From Akkermansia muciniphila ATCC BAA-835 (GTDB taxonomy: Bacteria > Verrucomicrobiota > Verrucomicrobiia > Verrucomicrobiales > Akkermansiaceae), in assembly GCF_000020225.1 (NCBI RefSeq), contig NC_010655.1:2632103-2664102 (forward strand): 32,000 bases of DNA, in the 5' to 3' direction. Made by a program: the position numbers and the translations under genes. Below, in pieces: positions 18,132 to 24,500 of this stretch (position 1 is its first letter; each line of letters opens with the position of its first letter). The notes beneath the pieces are model-generated. The model had not been told where the DNA came from, did not search any database, and saw only the letters and a program-made list of their open reading frames with translations.

Positions 18132-18632
18132 ATGCCGACTCTCCGCCAAGCCGCCAAGGACGACATCACGCTGATCCATGAACTGGCCTGCCAGGCTTTT
18201 CCGGCCACATACCGGGACCTCCTTTCCAGAGAGCAGATAGATTTCATGATGGACTGGATGTATTCCCCCGCCAACCTGGAAAAACAGATGGAGGAGGGGC
18301 ACGTGTACTTCATCGCCTCCCATGAGGGAAAGGACTGCGGCTACCTGTCCGTCCAGCCGGAAGGCCCCGGCGTCTTCCATTTGCAGAAAATCTACGTTCT
18401 GCCCGGCTTCCAGGGCCTGCATATAGGAAGCTTTCTGTTCCGCCACGCCATCAGCTACATCAGAAGCATCCACCCGGAACCGTGCCTGATGCGCCTGAAC
18501 GTGAACCGCGATAACACCCGGGCGGTGGAATTCTACCAGCGCATGGGCATGCGGACCCTGGAACGCGGGGATTTCCACATCGGCCACGGTTACTACATGA
18601 CGGACTACATCATGGGACTGGATATAGCCTGA
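18132..18632 (+). CDS. GNAT-family N-acetyltransferase
   Basis: The preferred start is the ATG at 18132 (MPTLRQAAKDDITLIHELA...). The acetyl-CoA-binding-type segment is 'LQKIYVLPGFQGLHIGSFLFRHAISYI', followed by 'NTRAVEFYQRMGM'. About 166 aa, typical for a single-domain GNAT. Confidence 0.85.
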   Translation: MPTLRQAAKDDITLIHELACQAFPATYRDLLSREQIDFMMDWMYSPANLEKQMEEGHVYFIASHEGKDCGYLSVQPEGPGVFHLQKIYVLPGFQGLHIGSFLFRHAISYIRSIHPEPCLMRLNVNRDNTRAVEFYQRMGMRTLERGDFHIGHGYYMTDYIMGLDIA

Positions 18633-18794
18633 AACGCCTCTCCCTCAGGGAAAAAACAGCCAAATCTTCCCAGGGCAGGGAGTGCCCCGCCCCCCATCCC
18701 CGGCGCATGCGGGCCGTTGAACCCTTAGGAAACTCCAGTTGAAAATTCCGCTTCCTCCTTGACACTCAATGCTGAATTCTTCATCATCCGTTCC

Positions 18795-19805
18795 ATGAAC
18801 GCCTTTCCTGCCTTTATTTTATCCGGTATCATCGCCGCCATGGCGGTTCCCGCCTCCGCTCAGACGGCGGAAAGCGCCAATGGCCCCAAAGTCACCTATC
18901 CAGCCTTCAACGACGGCAGCCATATCCACGGGCCGAAACTCAAAACTTCCGACCTGAAAGGGAAAGTGGTGTTTTTTGAATACTGGGGCATCAACTGCCC
19001 GCCCTGCATCGCCAGCATGCCGCATCTGCAGGAATTGCAGGAAAAATTCCAGTCCAAGGGCTTTACTGTCATAGGCAGCCACAGCCAGCTCCCGTCCCCC
19101 AGGGTCAAACAGTTTCTGGAAGAAAAGAAGATCACTTTCCCCATCTATCAGAGTCTGAGCATTCCGGAGGCTCCCTGCCCGGGCGGATTGCCTCATGCCG
19201 TTCTGATTGGAGCCAACGGAAAAGTCGTGGCCAAGGGCTATCCTCCCCAGCTCTATGACCTGGTAAAAAAGGAAGTGATGAAGATGGAACGCGGCCTTCC
19301 TATTCTGGAAGGAGTGGAACTGAACAAATACAAATCGCTGGCCAAAACGGTCGTTTCCACCGGCAGCAACATCGAATCCAAAATCACACCTCTGAGGAAA
19401 AAAACGAATGACGAGGAAGCGCAGGCCGTATGTGAAGCTTTTGACGCATGGTTGGAAAATACCAAGGAAATCGTGCAGGCCCGGATCCAGTCCGACCCTC
19501 TGGAAGCGGTAACGGCCATCATGCGCCTCAAAACGGCGGTTCCCTCCGTCAAGGAATTTGACGAACCTCTGGCGGCCCTGAAAGCGAACAGGGATTTATC
19601 AAAACTGGCCGACCTCAATAAAAAAATCTCCGCTCTGGAACAGCGCAAGGCAAAAGGGCGCAAAATATCGGAATCCGACCTTAAATCCCTGACGCAGGCC
19701 GTGGACAAATTCACGGAGTCCGACAACGAAGCCACGCAAACCGCCGCCGCCAACCTGAAGAAGAACCTCTCCTCCCTGGCCGCTCCGGAAACTCCCGGAA
19801 AATAA
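18795..19805 (+). CDS. Secreted thioredoxin-fold (TlpA/redoxin-like) protein with a ~160-aa helical C-terminal extension
   Basis: The preferred start is the ATG at 18795 (MNAFPAFILSGIIAAMAVPASAQ, signal peptide). The active-site CPPC (tgc ccg ccc tgc, 18996-19007) sits in 'VVFFEYWGINCPPCIASMPHLQEL'. The C-terminal half is Lys/Glu/Ala-rich and predicted helical. Confidence 0.8.
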   Translation: MNAFPAFILSGIIAAMAVPASAQTAESANGPKVTYPAFNDGSHIHGPKLKTSDLKGKVVFFEYWGINCPPCIASMPHLQELQEKFQSKGFTVIGSHSQLPSPRVKQFLEEKKITFPIYQSLSIPEAPCPGGLPHAVLIGANGKVVAKGYPPQLYDLVKKEVMKMERGLPILEGVELNKYKSLAKTVVSTGSNIESKITPLRKKTNDEEAQAVCEAFDAWLENTKEIVQARIQSDPLEAVTAIMRLKTAVPSVKEFDEPLAALKANRDLSKLADLNKKISALEQRKAKGRKISESDLKSLTQAVDKFTESDNEATQTAAANLKKNLSSLAAPETPGK

Positions 19806-19834
19806 CCTTCCTCTCCAGCAGCCATTTCCTGCCG

Positions 19835-19866
19835 GCAGGCGTCTAAGGGCGCCTGCTTCTTTTTTC
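19835..19866 (+). terminator. Rho-independent terminator of the thioredoxin-like gene, overlapping the 3' end of the convergent TfoX gene
   Basis: GCAGGCG-tctaaggg-CGCCTGC is a 7-bp stem followed by TTCTTTTTT (19857-19865). It starts 30 nt after the stop at 19805. Confidence 0.55.
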
Positions 19867-20202
19867 ACCGGACGCCTTTTTCTTCTTCCCCTCCAGAACA
19901 GACGGAACAGCCAGAACGGAGCATGTCTCCCTGACAAGGGAGGAAAGGATCCGGTCATCGTCCAGCTCCGTCACCAGGAAATGCGGCCTGGCGCCGGGAT
20001 AGGGGCAGCCCTGCTCCTGTTGCGGAAACATCTTCAAACCCGGCTCCGTTATCTTGACATACAACTGGTTGTCACACACCAAACCGAAGAATGTCCGGCC
20101 GCAGTACAATCCGTAGTCCCCAAACATTTTTCTGAAGGAAATATCCCCGGCATGCCGGAGCTGGAAACAAATATATTCTACTACATCCGGGGAAGAGGCC
20201 AT
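19843..20202 (-). CDS. TfoX N-terminal-domain protein (stand-alone TfoX_N)
   Basis: The preferred start is the ATG at 20200-20202 (MASSPDVVEYICFQL...). 'RKMFGDYGLYCGRTFFGLVCDNQLYVKI' matches the core TfoX_N signature (MFGG.glY.dg..Fa.v.d..LYlK). The Lys-rich tail (GKKKKASGEKRSRRP) is encoded by the opposite-strand terminator sequence. Confidence 0.75.
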   Translation of the reverse strand: MASSPDVVEYICFQLRHAGDISFRKMFGDYGLYCGRTFFGLVCDNQLYVKITEPGLKMFPQQEQGCPYPGARPHFLVTELDDDRILSSLVRETCSVLAVPSVLEGKKKKASGEKRSRRP

Positions 20203-20630
20203 GACGGACTCTCTCATGCCTCCCCCGTCCGCTGCAAGAAGCAAATGACGGCCGGGAAGGATTCCGGCAGGAATGAGGCATCCCCGTTATTGACGAGAAA
20301 AGGCGCGCAGCATGCCCCACGGAGTCATGACGGACGGCATTCATGCCGCCGCAGCCGCTCCGCAAGAAAATCCTTCCCGGCGTCTGCCCGGCAAGACATG
20401 ACCGGCAGCAGCGATTCCGTCCACACAGGGCCATTCTTATGATTGCCCTGACGGAGCTTTTTATTCATGATGCCCATGAACCTTCCATGACCGCCGCGTC
20501 CGACATCCTCTGGAAACCAGCCTGCCTCTCCCGCCAGGAAGCCCCCAGCCTTACGGAAGGGGACGGAACCTGCCGGCCGGGAAACGGTGACCGGAACACC
20601 TCCGCGAGCCGTCCGGAAAACCATGAAACC

Positions 20631-21200
20631 ATGGGAGAGAAAGACCACGCGGAAAACCGAAAAGCGCCCCGGCCGCGAAGCGGGCGCGTCATCCTGCTCA
20701 ACGGAGCCTCCAGCGCGGGAAAAAGCACGCTGGCCCGGAACTTGCAGCTTCTGCTGAAAGAGGCAGCCATGATTTTCTCCATGGACGATTATCTGGCCAT
20801 GAGCCGGGGAAAGCATGAAACCGCCCTGGATGCCGTCAGGGAATCCGGCCTGCCCTTCATTGAATCTTTCCACGCCGCCATTGCCGAGGCGGCCCGGAAA
20901 GGCGCCCTGGTCATCGTGGACCACGTCATCGGAGAATCCCGCCGCTGGATTCAGGACCTCCTGAACCGCCTGGACGGCATCCCCCGCATCCTGGTCAGGG
21001 TGGAATGCCGCCAGGATGTTCTGCTGGAGCGCGAGCGGCGCCGCACTGACCGGACTCCTGCCCCGGCCCATGCCCAGCGCCAGCACGCAGGCATCCACCG
21101 CCATTTCCCGCATGATTTCTCCATAGACACTTCCGCAGACACTCCCCGGAAATGCGCCATGCGGCTCATCAGCCTCCTGCCGGGAGAATTCCTGCCCTGA
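20631..21200 (+). CDS. Chloramphenicol-phosphotransferase-like (CPT family) P-loop kinase
   Basis: The Walker A context 'RVILLNGASSAGKSTLARNLQ' matches the CPT family 'IILNGGSSAGKS' start. Later blocks 'VIVDHVI', 'LVRVECRQDVLLERERRRTDR' and 'DFSIDTS' parallel CPT. The start is uncertain: ATG 20631 gives ~189 aa, but the frame is open from 20343. Confidence 0.65.
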   Translation: MGEKDHAENRKAPRPRSGRVILLNGASSAGKSTLARNLQLLLKEAAMIFSMDDYLAMSRGKHETALDAVRESGLPFIESFHAAIAEAARKGALVIVDHVIGESRRWIQDLLNRLDGIPRILVRVECRQDVLLERERRRTDRTPAPAHAQRQHAGIHRHFPHDFSIDTSADTPRKCAMRLISLLPGEFLP

Positions 21201-21329
21201 TGCCGCGGAAACAGGCGGAAGCCTCCCGTTTGAAAAAACAGGCTGTTCCCGCAAACATGTTGGAAAGACATGAATAGGACTTTACAGAGCCGTCTCCTTC
21301 ACGGTAGCCTGTGCCCGCGCTTGTTGCAT

Positions 21330-21417
21330 GGAGAGATGGCAGAGCGGTTTAATGCAGCGGTCTTGAAAACCGCCGTGGGGCAACCCACCGTGGGTTCGAA
21401 TCCCACTCTCTCCGCCA
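21330..21417 (+). tRNA. tRNA-Ser, anticodon UGA, class II with a long variable arm and an encoded CCA
   Basis: Acceptor GGAGAGA/TCTCTCC. Anticodon stem GCGGT/ACCGC with loop CT-TGA-AA. Variable arm GTGGG-gcaa-CCCAC. T arm GTGGG-TTCGAAT-CCCAC. Discriminator G followed by CCA. Confidence 0.92.
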
Positions 21418-21445
21418 AACTTCTTTTATGCCGGGCGCAAGCCAT

Positions 21446-21476
21446 GCCTGTTTTCACGGAACAGAAAAAGGCAGGC
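21446..21476. other. Hairpin between the convergent tRNA-Ser and uvrA genes; a possible terminator
   Basis: GCCTG-TTTTC-acggaaca-GAAAA-agg-CAGGC gives 10 bp with a 3-nt bulge. No clean U-tract follows on either strand. Confidence 0.3.
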
Positions 21477-21541
21477 GAATCCGGTGGCCGCCCCGGCATT
21501 CCCGGAACGGCCCTGAGTGCCTTATTGATCCTTCCTCCTGC

Positions 21542-24500
21542 CTAAGACTCCCCATTCAGTTCCCGGCGGATGTATTCCGCAGTGGGGGATTTTTTCCCGG
21601 CTATCTGCTCCGGCGTGCCTTCCGCCACGATGGTTCCTCCGGCATCGCCGGGTCCGGGGCCCATGTCGATGACGTAGTCCGCCTCCGCCATGATTTCCGT
21701 GTTATGTTCAATGACAACGACGGTGTTCCCCTGGTCCGCCAGACGGTGCAGCACGTCAATGAGCAGCCGCACATCCCGCGGATGCAGGCCGATGGAGGGT
21801 TCTTCAATCAGGTACAGGTCTCCGGGCAGTTCCCTGCCTTTCATCAGGGCGTTCCGGCTGACGCGCCGGCCCTTGATGAGTTCCGTCACCAGCTTGAGCC
21901 GCTGGGCTTCCCCGCCGGAAAGCGTGTTGGAGGCCTGCCCCAGCGTCAGATAACCCAGGCCGGTTTCCGACAGCAGTTTGAGGGGGTCCGAAATGCGGGG
22001 CTGGCTTTCAAAAAATTCCGCCGCTTCCGCAAAGTCCATCTGGAGCACGTCCGCAATGGTCTTCCCCTTGTACCTCACGGTCAGGGTGGCGGCGTTGTAG
22101 CGCTTGCCCCGGCAGGTCTCGCACGGCACATAACAGGGGGGCAGGAAGTCCATTTCCAGCTTTTGCATGCCCGTGCCCTTGCAGGATTCACAGTTGCCCT
22201 GCCCCGTATTGAAGGAGAAACGGCCGCGGTCAAAGCCCAGCCTGCGGGCATCCGCCGTCTGCGCGAACAGGGTCCGGATGTCGTCCAGGAAACCCACGTA
22301 GGTGGCCGGGGTGGAACGGGGCGTTTTGCCGATGGGGTTCTGGTCCACGCCGTACACCATGCGGATGGAGTCAAAGCCGGAAGAGGTTTTCCATAATTTT
22401 CTCTGCTCCCTCGTGAGCTTGTCGCCGATGGCCTGGCGCGCAGCCAGACGGATGGTTCCCGTCATCAGGGAAGTTTTCCCCGCTCCGGATACGCCGGTGA
22501 GCACCGTCAGCCTCCCCTTGGGAATGGCAACGTTCACCCCCTTCAGGTTGTGCAGGCAGCAGCCCTCCACGCGCAGCCACGCGGATTCATCCTTTTGGGA
22601 CGGAATCCTGCGCCTTTTCCCGCGGTAGGGATGCCTGGGCTTATGGTGCAGGGCCGCGCCCGTGACGGAGTCCGGCATGGCGGCCAGTTCCTCAAAGGTG
22701 CCCTGGGCCATGATTCTGCCGCCATGAATGCCGGCTCCCGGTCCCATGTCCACAATATGGTCCGCGCGCCTCATGGTATCTTCATCATGTTCCACCACCA
22801 GCAGGGTGTTGCCCCGGCGTTTGAGTTCATCCAACGTGCCCAGCAGCAATTCGTTGTCCCGCGGATGCAGGCCGATGGTCGGTTCATCCAGCACGTACAG
22901 CACACCGCGGAGGTGGGAACCCAGCTGGGAAGCCAGACGGATGCGCTGGGTCTCCCCGCCGGAGAGCGTCGTGGCGCTCCGGTCCAGGGAAAGGTAGCCC
23001 AGCCCCACCCGCTGGAGGAAGTTGAGGCGCTGCGTGATTTCCGCCACTACGTCACGGGCAATGAGCGCTTCCTCCCGTTCAAATTGCCACCCTTTGACCA
23101 GTTCTGCGGCGGCCACGGCAGGCAGGGAGGCAATGTCACCGGGAGTCACTCCCTGAAGCCGCACGGCGCGAGCAAATTCATTCAACCGCACGCCCCGGCA
23201 GGCAGGGCAGGTTGTTATTCCCTTGTCATCGTCCGCCTGCCGCGCCAGTTCCCTGTCATATTTCAGTTCAGCCTCCAGCAGGGATTGCGCCTGGTCTTCC
23301 TTTACTTTCCCCCTGCCGACGATTCCATGCCCGCGGCATACGGGGCACCACCCGCGCGGAGAGTTGAAGGAAAACGTGTACGGTTCCAGTTCCGGGAAAG
23401 ATTGCCCGCAGGAGGCGCATGCCAGCCTGGTGCCCATCAGTTCCGGACGGACGGAACCGGGCGGGAGCACCTGCAGGAACCCTTCCCCCATCTCCAGCGC
23501 GGCATGAACCGCCCCGGCAAGCTTTTCCGGCGGCCAGGAGGCCTCCGGCCGTGCAACGACCAGGTCCAGGTCATGGCTGGAATAGCGGTCCAGCGGCTGG
23601 AATCCGCTCAGGGGAACCAGTTTGCCGTCCACCCACATTTCCTCATATCCCTTTCCTTCCGCCCAGCGGGCCAGGTCGGCGTAATGCCCCTTGCGTCCCC
23701 TGACGAGGGGGGCCAGCAACGCGAGTCCGCCATGTTTTTTCAGTTCCCTCGCCACCAGCTCCACCACTTCCGATTCCGACCTTTTGCCCACCGGAACACC
23801 GCACTGCGGGCAATAGGCCTGCCCCAGCTTGGCATACAGCAGACGCATGAATTGCCAGATTTCCGTGACGGTTCCCACGGTGGATTTGGTGCCCCCGCGG
23901 GACATGTTCTGTTCAATAGCCACCGTGGGGGGCAATCCGGTCAGGCGGTCGATGTCCGGACTTTCCAGCTGTTCCGTGAATTGCCGGGCGTACGGGGACA
24001 TGACGTCCATGAAACGCCGCTGCCCTTCCGCGAAAAAGATATCAAAAGCCAGGGAGCTCTTCCCGGAGCCGGAAAGCCCGGTCAGCACGGTCATTTCTCC
24101 GCGAGGCACGTCCAGGTCCACGTTTTTCAGGTTGTGGTGGCGCGCTCCCCGCAGGGCCATCACGCCTTCCGGTATATCCATGTCTGCGGATTCCGGGACG
24201 GCGGCGTCCGCAGGGTCGTAAACGGAAGGGTTGCCTTCCAGAACCTCCCTGAGGTATTTGCCCGTGTATCCCTTCCCGGCGGCTACGATTTCCTCCGGCG
24301 TACCCGTGGCCACCACATGGCCGCCTCCGGCGCCGCCCTCCGGCCCCAGGTCAATCACGTAGTCCGCGGATTTGATGAACTCCGGGTTGTGTTCGATGAC
24401 CAGCAGGGTATGCCCCTGCTCCACCAGTTCCCGAAACACGGCCAGCAGAACTTCAATGTCTGCAAAGTGAAGCCCCGTTCCCGGCTCGTCCAGAATCAGC

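Noticed and set aside
20325-21254. 309-aa minus-strand ORF overlapping the CPT-like kinase
   Set aside because: It is codon-aligned antisense to the plus-strand frame, which carries a P-loop (NGASSAGKST) and CPT-family blocks. The minus-strand translation has no recognisable motifs.
21201-21541. tRNA-Ser as the attachment site of an integrated element
   Set aside because: The window has no integrase, recombinase or phage gene. I could not find a duplicate of the tRNA 3' end by eye, and there is no clear compositional break on either side.
24100-24300. The tandem UvrA might really be two adjacent genes joined by a frameshift or read-through
   Set aside because: The frame is continuous through the linker with no stop. 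The second unit's first Met (24158-24160) follows directly in frame. Nothing in the sequence suggests slippage. An assembly error still cannot be excluded without reads.
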